A DNA stretch of 64,000 nucleotides from assembly GCA_025352785.1 (NCBI GenBank), contig JANXSD010000149.1, positions 14,582 to 78,581 on the forward strand, written 5' to 3'. The notes beneath the pieces were generated by a model. That model was not told the origin of the DNA and searched no databases. It saw nothing but the letters and a program-made list of their open reading frames with translations. The DNA comes from Bacteroidota bacterium (GTDB lineage Bacteria > Bacteroidota > Bacteroidia > AKYH767-A > OLB10). This document shows positions 1 through 8,736 of the stretch, piece after piece (within the stretch, counting starts at the first letter, position 1; every line of letters starts with the position of its first letter). The translations under genes were made by a program, and so were the position numbers.

Positions 1-1745
1 TCTTTAATATGTTGACTTGTGGGTATATATTCATTACTCCAATTTATTCCGCCATCAGAGGTACGATATACTTTTCCATTTCCGAAGAGCCATCCATTTT
101 GTGCATCTGTAAAAACTATTTTATCAAATGAACTTCCATTTTTCGAATACACTAATTGATAGGAAACACCACCATCAATTGATTCTAAAACATCACCATT
201 GATAGTGCAGGCCCAACCATGTAATTTATTAATAAAAAATATTGAGCTAATTCCAGGAGTAAAAGTTGTTGAAGTAATTATCCAGTTTGTTCCACCATTT
301 ACCGTACGTAAAATTTCAAATCCATCAGTTGCAATCCATCCAGTATCCGCACTTACAAAAAACACATCTAAAAATTTAAATCCAGCTCCAGCAAGCGAAG
401 TAGTTTGGGGAAGCCACGTTGCACCTGAATTATTAGAACGAATAATGGCTTCTCCATTTCCACATGCAAATAAACGGGTAGCAGATGCTCTACAGATGGA
501 ATATAGATCGTCCGTAACTGGAGATAATAAGGTAGACCATAATGAGCCACCATTCGTACTATTTAAAATAGTTCCACCATCACCCACAGCTGTTATATTG
601 GTTGAAGTTAACGTAGCAATATCATTTAATTTAGAAGTTATTCCGGAGTTTAACGCTTGCCAATTGGATCCAAAAGTTGAAGTTAAAATTGTTCCTGCGT
701 CACCTGTTGCAAAAAGTAAATTACTCGTGGAAGAACATACTCCAGAAAGATTTTTATCTGCAACACGAACTTGAGAAGACACCCACGTAGTTCCAACATT
801 GGAACTTTTTAATATTTCGCCAAAACTACCAACAAGTAGAAAGTTACCACCGTTGAATGTTGCAATAGCATTTCCTGTAAACCATGATGATTGATTATTG
901 CTTTGCCAGGATGTTCCACCATTAATCGTTGACATTACTATTCCGTTAGAGCCAGAAATTATTCCTGTATTGGGATCGTTAAAACAAACTGATTTCAGAT
1001 CCGCACCGGCAGAAGGATTTATAGTCGTATTCCATGTTATTCCTCCATCAATGGTTTTATAGATCACCCCTCCATCAGAAGTCATGAAGCCATTTAAATC
1101 ATCAGGAAAACTTATTGCATTTAGATTATTCGTTCCTACTGGAGTTGAAGTTGTCCAACTAGTTCCAAAATTTGTTGTTTGCATATATAATCCATTAGCA
1201 CCAACTGCCCATCCATTTCCTGATGTATTTACTTGAAGTGCTTTAATTTCATCATTCAAATTATTAATTTGCGATGTCCAAGTATTTCCACCATCAAGTG
1301 TTTGTTGTATGCCATAAATTCCATTAAAAACGCCAGCAATCCAACCTGTATCAGCATTTAAGAAATACATTGACTGCGCATAAAGGTTCGAGAATCGATA
1401 ATTCACACTCCAGGTTGATCCACCATTCGTAGTTTTTAAAAAATTATATTCCATCGCAACATAACCAACAGTGGTATTCGGAAAATAAATTCCTGCAACT
1501 TGATTAAAGAAATTACAATTTTGAGAAGTCCAAGTGGAGCCTCCGTTTGTAGTTTTTAATATTGCGCCACCTGCTCCACCAATCCAACCTGTTGTCGCAT
1601 TTACAAAGGAAATTACATTTAAGTCGTTTCCTTGTGGAGATGGATGTTGCCATTTCCATTGTGCAAAGGTTGATGAACAAGAAAGAAATATAATTAAAAT
1701 TGCAAAAATAAATTTTTGTTTTTTGGGATGGTTTAAGGACAACAT
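1..1745 (-). CDS. BNR/Asp-box repeat secreted protein, N-terminal part. The ORF runs off the left edge of the window, so the C-terminus and stop codon are missing.
   Basis: The reverse complement from 1745 (ATG at 1743-1745) translates to MLSLNHPKKQKFIFAILIIFLSCSSTFAQW..., a classic signal peptide. The minus frame stays open to position 1 and contains Asp-box motifs such as TSDGGINWS (revcomp of 1-62). It was absent from the ORF track because no stop lies in the window. The plus-strand ORFs 199..774 and 1534..1812 are antisense shadows. It is a paralogue of the 38233..39909 protein. Confidence 0.7.
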   Translation of the reverse strand, partial: MLSLNHPKKQKFIFAILIIFLSCSSTFAQWKWQHPSPQGNDLNVISFVNATTGWIGGAGGAILKTTNGGSTWTSQNCNFFNQVAGIYFPNTTVGYVAMEYNFLKTTNGGSTWSVNYRFSNLYAQSMYFLNADTGWIAGVFNGIYGIQQTLDGGNTWTSQINNLNDEIKALQVNTSGNGWAVGANGLYMQTTNFGTSWTTSTPVGTNNLNAISFPDDLNGFMTSDGGVIYKTIDGGITWNTTINPSAGADLKSVCFNDPNTGIISGSNGIVMSTINGGTSWQSNNQSSWFTGNAIATFNGGNFLLVGSFGEILKSSNVGTTWVSSQVRVADKNLSGVCSSTSNLLFATGDAGTILTSTFGSNWQALNSGITSKLNDIATLTSTNITAVGDGGTILNSTNGGSLWSTLLSPVTDDLYSICRASATRLFACGNGEAIIRSNNSGATWLPQTTSLAGAGFKFLDVFFVSADTGWIATDGFEILRTVNGGTNWIITSTTFTPGISSIFFINKLHGWACTINGDVLESIDGGVSYQLVYSKNGSSFDKIVFTDAQNGWLFGNGKVYRTSDGGINWSNEYIPTSQHIK

Positions 1746-1862
1746 GTTTTATTTAATAATGAGTAATATAGTTGGTTTTACAAGCGCTTTGTACGTATTC
1801 TCTAGCGGATAGTTCTAATTGTCAATGAAAAAGATAATAAGAAGATAATGATAAAAAGCAAA

Positions 1863-1888
1863 TGAGCCGTCAGGTGGTGAGCGGCTCA
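1863..1888 (-). terminator. Intrinsic terminator hairpin (7-bp stem tgagccg/cggctca) followed by a U-run on the minus strand
   Basis: Inverted repeat seen directly. On the minus strand it is followed by tttgctttttatc, just after the stop of the 1914..2534 gene. Confidence 0.5.
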
Positions 1889-1913
1889 ATGTGTATAAGG
1901 TGACAGTAAAAAA

Positions 1914-2534
1914 TTACTGTTGTGATGATTTTTTTCGTTTGGTAAGTTCGTCGCGAATTTTGGAGGCCGTTTCATAAGCTTCTTCATCGATGGCACGCAT
2001 AAGTGATTCTTTCAACTCTTCCATACTTAATGTAGAGTATTCAGCTTCAGGATTTGAAGAGCCTTCAAGGGCTTTTTTCTCTGATTTTTTCGGAAGACTT
2101 TTAGGCTTATCTATTTCCGCACCTTCTTCTAATACAACTCCTGAGGATGATAAAATAAATTCATAAGTATAGATAGGGCAATTAAATCTTACCGCCATAG
2201 CTATTGCATCAGAAGTTCGAGCATCAATCTCTTTTACTTCAGAGCCATTATTACACATCAATTTAGAATAAAAGATTCCTTCTTTAATATTGTAAATGAT
2301 GACTTCATCTATATGAACTCCAAATTCTATTGCGAAATTTCGAAAAAGATCATGTGTTAATGGTCGTGCAGGTTGCATGTTTTCTAACTCAACAGCAATC
2401 GCTTGAGCCTCATATCCACCAATGATGATAGGAAGTCGGCGCTTACCTTCTTCCTCACCTAATACGAGCGCATAAGCACCTGATTGGGTTTGACTAAAGG
2501 AGAGCCCGAGTATTTCCAGTTTAATTTTCTTCAT
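1914..2534 (-). CDS. Bifunctional nuclease family protein (DUF151) with a C-terminal UvrB/UvrC-type UVR motif
   Basis: Length and sequence pattern of DUF151 nucleases. The C-terminus, EELKESLMRAIDEEAYETASKIRDEL, resembles a UVR domain. It lies at the 3' end of the etfB-etfA operon. Confidence 0.7.
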   Translation of the reverse strand: MKKIKLEILGLSFSQTQSGAYALVLGEEEGKRRLPIIIGGYEAQAIAVELENMQPARPLTHDLFRNFAIEFGVHIDEVIIYNIKEGIFYSKLMCNNGSEVKEIDARTSDAIAMAVRFNCPIYTYEFILSSSGVVLEEGAEIDKPKSLPKKSEKKALEGSSNPEAEYSTLSMEELKESLMRAIDEEAYETASKIRDELTKRKKSSQQ

Positions 2535-2560
2535 ATAAACTTTGCTTTTGGCTTCTAGGA

Positions 2561-3538
2561 TTAGGCGTTAACAGCCTTAAATTCTTTAACAGCCTCAATA
2601 AGTTTTGGAACAACATCAAAAGCATCACCCACAATACCATAATCTGCGGCTTTGAAGAATGGTGCTTCTGGATCTTTATTTATAACAACAATCACTTTTG
2701 AGGAACTTACTCCTGCAAGATGCTGAATTGCACCTGAAATTCCTATTGCGATATATAGATTTGGGCTAATTGCAATTCCTGTTTGTCCTACGTGTTCACT
2801 ATGTGGACGCCAATTTGAATCTGATACGGGTTTCGAACATGCCGTTGCAGCACCTAATAAATTTGCCAACTCTTCAATCATTCCCCAATTTTCAGGACCT
2901 TTCAATCCACGACCACCAGACACCACTATTTCTGCATCAGGTAGAGAAACTTTATCTGCTGCACGAACGATTTCCTTCACCATCGCTTTGAAATCAAGAT
3001 CACGTACTGTAGGATTAAAATCTACAATGTTCGAGTCTTTTTGATGTTCATTTACTTGATAAGAGTTGGGCATTAAAGTGATCACTTTTCTATCGCTGGT
3101 AAGTGTTACATCTGCGAAAGCTTTTCCAGAAAAAGCACCTTTACGAACTGTAAAACCATTTGTAATATCTGGCAAGGAAATAGCGCCATCCACTAAGCCA
3201 GCGTCCAATTTTACTGCAACACGTGGTGCTAATCCTTTTCCTGTAAAAGATGCTGACATAATCACCACTTTCGAATCTTCTGCTATTGATGCTTCGGAGA
3301 TAACAGCCGCGTAAGCCATATTTACAAAAGACTTCAATTTTTCATTTGTCACATTCAAAACTTTGGAAGCTCCATATTTTGAAAGTTTAGCTAATTCATC
3401 AGCATTTACATCACCAATAGAAAGTACCGTAAGACTTCCACCGATTTTTTCTGCGATAGCATAACCAAACGAAAGTACTTCGTAAGTTGATTTTTTAAAT
3501 TTCCCGCCGGCATTTTCGGCATATACTAAAACTGACAT
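2561..3538 (-). CDS. etfA: Electron transfer flavoprotein subunit alpha (FixB family)
   Basis: 325 aa, N-terminus MSVLVYAE..GGK, FAD-binding C-terminal half (SGGRG, ISGAIQHLAG). Sits adjacent to etfB. Confidence 0.9.
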   Translation of the reverse strand: MSVLVYAENAGGKFKKSTYEVLSFGYAIAEKIGGSLTVLSIGDVNADELAKLSKYGASKVLNVTNEKLKSFVNMAYAAVISEASIAEDSKVVIMSASFTGKGLAPRVAVKLDAGLVDGAISLPDITNGFTVRKGAFSGKAFADVTLTSDRKVITLMPNSYQVNEHQKDSNIVDFNPTVRDLDFKAMVKEIVRAADKVSLPDAEIVVSGGRGLKGPENWGMIEELANLLGAATACSKPVSDSNWRPHSEHVGQTGIAISPNLYIAIGISGAIQHLAGVSSSKVIVVINKDPEAPFFKAADYGIVGDAFDVVPKLIEAVKEFKAVNA

Positions 3539-3615
3539 ATATTTTTTTGTAAAACAGATATTTGAACCTATGAGTTTAGGTATCTATTGGATGATTAGTC
3601 GATGGTTAGCTAAAG

Positions 3616-4353
3616 TTAAAAAGATTTAGCCTCGGTATGTAATAAATCTACTAATTTTTTCACATCGTCGGATGGAACAAGTTTCACATGACTACGAGCT
3701 GCTGGTTTATCATATTTCACATACTCTTGTAGTTGAGGAACAGGGAGTGGTTCAACAACCACCAATGGTTTTGTACGTGCACTCATGATACCTCGCATAT
3801 TAGGAATACGTGGTTCTGCCATACCTTCGGTCGCGCTCACAATAAGTGGAGTTGGACAATTTAGTATTTCCTTGCCACCTTCAATTTCCCTTTCGAGAGT
3901 AGCAATGCCATTTTCAATGGTTAATGATTTAACTATAGATACACTTGGAAGGTCTAACATCTCAGCAACCATTGCTGCAACCTGTGAACCGTTATAATCA
4001 ATCGACTCTCTACCAGTTAAAATGAGGTCGTAATTCTGATCCTTCGCCACATGCGCAACTTGCTTTGCCACATAATAAGCATCACGTGGAGTTCCATTCA
4101 CGCGTATTGCATCGGTAGCACCAATTGCAAGAGCTTTACGGATAGTAGGCTCTGTAGTGACATCTCCAACGTTTATTACTGTAACTGTACCACCTTGTTT
4201 TTCAGTAAGTTCAAGTGCCTTAGTTAAAGCAATTTCATCGTAAGGGTTAATAATATATTGAACACCGGCAGTAACAAAAGACTTCTGATCTTCTGTAAAA
4301 TTGATCTTAGTGGTAGTGTCTGGAACGTTGCTAATGCAAACTAAAATCTTCAT
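3616..4353 (-). CDS. etfB: Electron transfer flavoprotein subunit beta (FixA family)
   Basis: Starts MKILVCISNVPDTTTKI...; the IINPYDEIALTKALE motif is typical of ETF-beta. The ORF-track start at 4380 is a TTG, so I trimmed it to the ATG at 4351-4353. Confidence 0.9.
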   Translation of the reverse strand: MKILVCISNVPDTTTKINFTEDQKSFVTAGVQYIINPYDEIALTKALELTEKQGGTVTVINVGDVTTEPTIRKALAIGATDAIRVNGTPRDAYYVAKQVAHVAKDQNYDLILTGRESIDYNGSQVAAMVAEMLDLPSVSIVKSLTIENGIATLEREIEGGKEILNCPTPLIVSATEGMAEPRIPNMRGIMSARTKPLVVVEPLPVPQLQEYVKYDKPAARSHVKLVPSDDVKKLVDLLHTEAKSF

Positions 4354-4534
4354 TTTTACGCTTTCTAAATACAATCGCAAAACTACTCTAAACGAAGGAA
4401 TTTACAAAGCAATTAGCAATTGGATATTACAACTCTATTTCTTGTAAATGTCCATATCGTATTTTGTGTAAAATCTATTTTATTAGGTTTTAGAATTAAT
4501 CAGGGCTTATCTTCGTAATCATCTTAATAAAAAA

Positions 4535-4867
4535 ATGAGCCTAAATCGTATTTCTCAACTTGAAATTTACTTGAAGGAAGATCCCAATGATGCGTTTTCA
4601 AAGTATGCATTAGCCTTAGAGTATTCAAAATTGCAAAATAATGAGATGGCCATTCGATTGCTTTGTCAGCTTAAACAACAGCAGCCAGAATATCTTGCAT
4701 TGTATTATCAATTGGGAAAATTCTATGAACTAAATCAACAACAAGACAATGCAATAAGTATTTATAAATATGGAATTCAGATCGCGCAAAAGCAAAACAA
4801 CCGTCATACACTTTCTGAATTAAAACAGGCATTAAGTGAAATTTCGGATGCAGATGATGAGTATTAA
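4535..4867 (+). CDS. Small TPR-like repeat protein
   Basis: 110 aa, helical repeat pattern (YALALEYSKL..., LALYYQLGKFYE), acidic tail. Confidence 0.45.
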   Translation: MSLNRISQLEIYLKEDPNDAFSKYALALEYSKLQNNEMAIRLLCQLKQQQPEYLALYYQLGKFYELNQQQDNAISIYKYGIQIAQKQNNRHTLSELKQALSEISDADDEY

Positions 4868-5063
4868 ATCCTACATTAAAAATTAATTAGGAAAGCGAGG
4901 TCTCTACGTAATTTACCGATTTGAATGAACAGTAGTATTAAGTAGACCACGTAGTAGACCACCGAAGTAATAATTCATGTTATAACAAACACTAAGTAGT
5001 TTGACAATTTAAAAACATTGCTAAGTAATCCCTATTTTTGCAATCCAGAATTATAAAAACCAG

Positions 5064-6050
5064 ATGAGAGAAATACAATTTCGTGAAGCTTTACGTGAAG
5101 CACTGAGTGAAGAAATGCGTCGTGATGAGCGTGTATTCCTGATGGGTGAAGAAGTGGCAGAATACAATGGTGCGTATAAAGTTAGTCAGGGAATGCTTGA
5201 TGAATTCGGACCAAAAAGAGTAATAGATACTCCAATTGCCGAACTAGGTTTTGCTGGTATCGGAGTAGGTGCGGCAATGAACGGTTTACGCCCGATAATT
5301 GAATTCATGACGTTTAATTTTTCATTGGTAGCGATAGATCAGGTGATTAATTCAGCTGCTAAAATGATGAGCATGAGCGGAGGTAACTTTAGTGTTCCAA
5401 TAGTTTTTCGCGGTCCAACGGGTTCTGCTGGTATGTTGAGTTCGCAACATAGTCAGGCTTTTGAAAGTTGGTATGCAAACTGTCCGGGTTTAAAAGTGGT
5501 AGTTCCTTCAAATCCTGCGGATGCAAAAGGTCTTTTAAAATCTGCAATTCGTGATAACGATCCTGTGATTTTTATGGAGAGTGAACAGATGTATGGCGAC
5601 AAGGGTATGGTTCCGGAAGGAGAATATTTAATGCCTATTGGTATTGCTGATATTAAACGAGCGGGCACCGATGTTACTATTGTTTCTTTCGGCAAAATGA
5701 TGAAAATAGCTTATGCTGCTGCTGATGAATTGGCAAAAGAAAATATCAGTGCAGAGGTGATTGATTTACGTTCTGTTCGTCCGATTGATTATAAAACGAT
5801 AATTGAATCAGTTAAGAAAACCAATCGTTTAGTGGTAGTAGAAGAAAGTTGGCCACTTGCATCCATCGCTACTGAAGTTGCATTTAAAGTTCAAAAGGAT
5901 GCTTTTGATTATTTAGATGCACCGATTTTAAGAGTGATGGGAGGGGATGTTCCATTGCCGTATGCTCCAACTTTAATTGAAGCATATTTACCGAATCCTG
6001 CTCGCGTTATTAAAGCCGTTAAAGAAGTAATGTATTTACAGAAAGCATAA
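5064..6050 (+). CDS. pdhB: Pyruvate/2-oxoacid dehydrogenase E1 component beta subunit (transketolase-like)
   Basis: 328 aa. Motifs MREIQFREALREAL, LMGEEV, GFAGIGVGAAMNGLRPI and PVIFMESEQMYG match E1-beta subunits. Confidence 0.9.
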   Translation: MREIQFREALREALSEEMRRDERVFLMGEEVAEYNGAYKVSQGMLDEFGPKRVIDTPIAELGFAGIGVGAAMNGLRPIIEFMTFNFSLVAIDQVINSAAKMMSMSGGNFSVPIVFRGPTGSAGMLSSQHSQAFESWYANCPGLKVVVPSNPADAKGLLKSAIRDNDPVIFMESEQMYGDKGMVPEGEYLMPIGIADIKRAGTDVTIVSFGKMMKIAYAAADELAKENISAEVIDLRSVRPIDYKTIIESVKKTNRLVVVEESWPLASIATEVAFKVQKDAFDYLDAPILRVMGGDVPLPYAPTLIEAYLPNPARVIKAVKEVMYLQKA

Positions 6051-6065
6051 TTTTTTTCTTCGATT

Positions 6066-6104
6066 ACACGGGAACGGGAACCAAATTGGTTCCCGTTCCC
6101 GTGT
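6066..6104. terminator. Perfect 17-bp stem hairpin (acacgggaacgggaacc / ggttcccgttcccgtgt, loop aaatt) between convergent genes; putative bidirectional terminator
   Basis: Exact inverted repeat read from the sequence. It lies between the pdhB stop (6050) and the stop of the minus-strand gene at 6122. Confidence 0.7.
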
Positions 6105-6121
6105 AATACTCACTATATATA

Positions 6122-6598
6122 TTATTTCATTTGTTGTCTTCTTTCTTTAATTTTCTCCAGCAACTCTTTCTTAAAATCATTTTCGGCTCCATAAAGCAAT
6201 GCGACTTTTTTGATGGGTAATACTTGTTTAAATTGTGGATGAAACTTTTTCATAATATCCACTTCTTGTTGTTTGAAAATTATTTCGCTATCAACAATTT
6301 TTTCAGCATCCTTATCGCTTAGCGCACTCATATCCTCTTTCAGGTCACGTTTTTGAGAAGCATGATCCTTACGTATCTTTTTTAATTCATCAGAAAACTG
6401 ATTGAATACGGGCCAAAAGCGTTGCGCTTCATCAGAGGTTAAATCTAATCTTCGCGTTAGATAGGCAATTTTCATTGATTCAATTTCTTCTCTTCGTTCT
6501 TCTTTTCGTGGTGAACGATTAGGTGTTGATGTTTGCGCTGAAAGAGAAAGTGATATAAGACAAAGTAATAGTGGTAATAAAGTGCGTATAGTTTTCAT
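6122..6598 (-). CDS. Periplasmic LTXXQ-motif (Spy/CpxP-like) protein with signal peptide
   Basis: N-terminal signal peptide (LLPLLLCLISLSLSAQ), the LTSDEAQRFWPVFNQF motif, and charged helical repeats. Third gene of the sigma/anti-sigma module. Confidence 0.5.
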   Translation of the reverse strand: MKTIRTLLPLLLCLISLSLSAQTSTPNRSPRKEERREEIESMKIAYLTRRLDLTSDEAQRFWPVFNQFSDELKKIRKDHASQKRDLKEDMSALSDKDAEKIVDSEIIFKQQEVDIMKKFHPQFKQVLPIKKVALLYGAENDFKKELLEKIKERRQQMK

Positions 6599-6609
6599 AA
6601 TGTTGAATT

Positions 6610-7065
6610 TTAAAATTGATTTGTTAATAGTGATTCATCGCTGTTATTGATGAGATAATCTTCCAATGCTTTATCATCAATCCCATTTAAGGGCTGGCAA
6701 GCCAAATATTTTTCTGTTAATGCACTTTCATCGAGCTCCGAATAATATCCACTTTCAATCATGTCTTCATAGGTACAGGCGATTTCTTTAGAATGGGTTT
6801 TGTTAGTATTTATCATAAAAAAGAATATGCCCAAACTTATACAAACAGTTAATAAGGTGGCTAAAATAAATACTGGACGTTTAGCTTTAACACTCGAAAT
6901 AACAAGATTTTGTTGGTGATTTAATTTATCTTGTATATTCGAAGTAAGTGAATCGAAATAACCATTTGGAGCTTGAAATGGTTCTTTTCGTGATAGCGAT
7001 TGTAAGTGATTGGTGTCACTTAATTCATCATCATGGTGTAAATTTGGATTCATGTTTTTTCGCAA
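6610..7065 (-). CDS. Putative anti-sigma factor (single-pass membrane protein)
   Basis: 151 aa with one central transmembrane segment (PVFILATLLTVCISLGIFFFMI). It lies immediately downstream of an ECF sigma gene with a 33-bp gap. Confidence 0.5.
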   Translation of the reverse strand: MRKNMNPNLHHDDELSDTNHLQSLSRKEPFQAPNGYFDSLTSNIQDKLNHQQNLVISSVKAKRPVFILATLLTVCISLGIFFFMINTNKTHSKEIACTYEDMIESGYYSELDESALTEKYLACQPLNGIDDKALEDYLINNSDESLLTNQF

Positions 7066-7098
7066 TATCTCATTAAGATGGATTGTAATCTATAAAGT

Positions 7099-7653
7099 TT
7101 AATTTCCTAAAATAAATTTTTCGACTTTCGCTGCTGCGTGGTGGTAGGAGGCTTTTAATGCTCCAACAGAAGTACCTAAAACGATTGACATTTCTTCGTA
7201 TTTCATCTCCTCGTAATAGCGGAGATTGAATACAATTCGTTGTTTTTCTGGAAGGCTTAATATTGCTTGTTGTAATTTCAATTCTAATTTATCAGCGTTC
7301 AGTACTTCGTTTTGCACCAATTTTCCCGATAATTCGCTTTCAACATCCCCAATAGGAAGAAAAAATCGTTTTCTTTTTTGCTTCAAAAAACCAAGACATT
7401 CATTAGTAGCTACCCGATAAAGCCAAGTGTAAAGTTGACTATCTTCTCTAAATCCGTCGAGGTGATTCCAAACTTTTATAAAAGTATTTTGTAATAAATC
7501 ATTGGTATCATCGTGATCAACTACCATTCGGCGGATATGGTAATAAAGTTTCTGCTGATATTTCCGTACTAATAAATTAAAAGCATAATGTTTGTTATTG
7601 CCTTCGGGATTCCGAAAACGTTCGATTAATTCACCATCACTGTATTCATCCAT
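7099..7653 (-). CDS. RNA polymerase ECF-type sigma-70 family factor
   Basis: 184 aa. Region 2 (LLQNTFIKVWNHLDGF..YTWLYRVATNECLGFLK) and region 4 (LPEKQRIVFNLRYYEEMKYEEMSIVLGTSVGALKASYHHAAAKV) are readable. Confidence 0.9.
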   Translation of the reverse strand: MDEYSDGELIERFRNPEGNNKHYAFNLLVRKYQQKLYYHIRRMVVDHDDTNDLLQNTFIKVWNHLDGFREDSQLYTWLYRVATNECLGFLKQKRKRFFLPIGDVESELSGKLVQNEVLNADKLELKLQQAILSLPEKQRIVFNLRYYEEMKYEEMSIVLGTSVGALKASYHHAAAKVEKFILGN

Positions 7654-7730
7654 TTAAAACTAGCAATAAATATTTATATAGAAAAAATTGGATGTCGATA
7701 ACAACATTTGGTTTAATTCAAAACAATTTT

Positions 7731-8699
7731 TTATGCATGTATGGATTCTTTTCTTGCCATAACACGCTCAACAGCTTCTACAATATTCTTAGCATCCAAA
7801 CCGTATTTCGTCATTAGTTCATCGGGTGTTCCACTTTCGCCAAAACTATCATTTACGGCTACATATTCTTGCGGACTAGGCATGTGTACGGCTAAAACTT
7901 GGGCAACAGCATCTCCTAATCCACCAAATTTATTATGTTCTTCTGCTGTTACTACACATCGTGTTTTTGCTAGTGACGTTAAGATTGCTGATTCATCAAT
8001 TGGTTTTATTGTATGGATATTGATGATATCAGCTGAAATACCTTTCGCAGCAAGTTCTTCTCCTGCTAAAATTGCTTGCCAAACTAAATGACCAGTCGCG
8101 ATGATGGTGACATCTGTACCTTCATTTAAATGAACTGCTTTTCCAATTTCAAATGTTTGATCAGCAGGAGTGAAGTTAGGAACGGTGGGTCTTCCGAAAC
8201 GCAAATAAACTGGACCTACATAATCGGCGATTGCAACTGTTGCTGCCTTTGTTTGATTGTAATCACAAGGATTAATCACCACCATTCCTGGAAGCATTCT
8301 CATTAAACCAATATCTTCTAATATTTGATGCGTTGCGCCATCTTCTCCTAATGTTAATCCGGCATGTGAAGCACAAATTTTTACATTTTTGTTGGAGTAG
8401 GCAATCGATTGTCGTATTTGATCATAAACACGACCCGTGCTAAAGTTCGCAAAAGTACCAGTGAATGGAATTTTCCCGCCGATAGTTAATCCAGCCGCAA
8501 TACCCATCATGTTTGCTTCAGCAATTCCAACTTGTATAAATCGATCTGGAAATTCTTTTGCAAAGGCATCCATCTTCAACGATCCTGTTAAATCTGCACA
8601 AAGAGCAATTGCATTTTTATTTTTCCTGCCTACTTCTAATAACCCTGCGCCAAATCCTGAACGTGTATCTTTCTTCTCGGTGTAAGTATATTTTTTCAT
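7731..8699 (-). CDS. Transketolase, C-terminal subunit (pyrimidine-binding and C-terminal domains)
   Basis: 322 aa. Motifs [31 protein letters not shown] and FGESG are typical of split-transketolase subunit B. Confidence 0.9.
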   Translation of the reverse strand: MKKYTYTEKKDTRSGFGAGLLEVGRKNKNAIALCADLTGSLKMDAFAKEFPDRFIQVGIAEANMMGIAAGLTIGGKIPFTGTFANFSTGRVYDQIRQSIAYSNKNVKICASHAGLTLGEDGATHQILEDIGLMRMLPGMVVINPCDYNQTKAATVAIADYVGPVYLRFGRPTVPNFTPADQTFEIGKAVHLNEGTDVTIIATGHLVWQAILAGEELAAKGISADIINIHTIKPIDESAILTSLAKTRCVVTAEEHNKFGGLGDAVAQVLAVHMPSPQEYVAVNDSFGESGTPDELMTKYGLDAKNIVEAVERVMARKESIHA

Positions 8700-8736
8700 G
8701 CTAATTGAAATATGATATTATTTATATTTTGTAGTA

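Noticed and set aside
199-1812. Plus-strand ORFs 199..774 and 1534..1812 listed in the ORF track
   Set aside because: They lie antisense to a minus-strand gene with signal peptide and Asp-box repeats that runs 1745 to 1. Their translations have no coherent features. They are shadow ORFs.
2770-3314. Small antisense ORFs inside etfA (2770..2991, 3066..3314), and the many other 60-120 aa ORFs nested in or opposite long genes
   Set aside because: They are fully embedded in well-supported genes on the opposite strand or frame, and their translations are low-complexity with no motifs.
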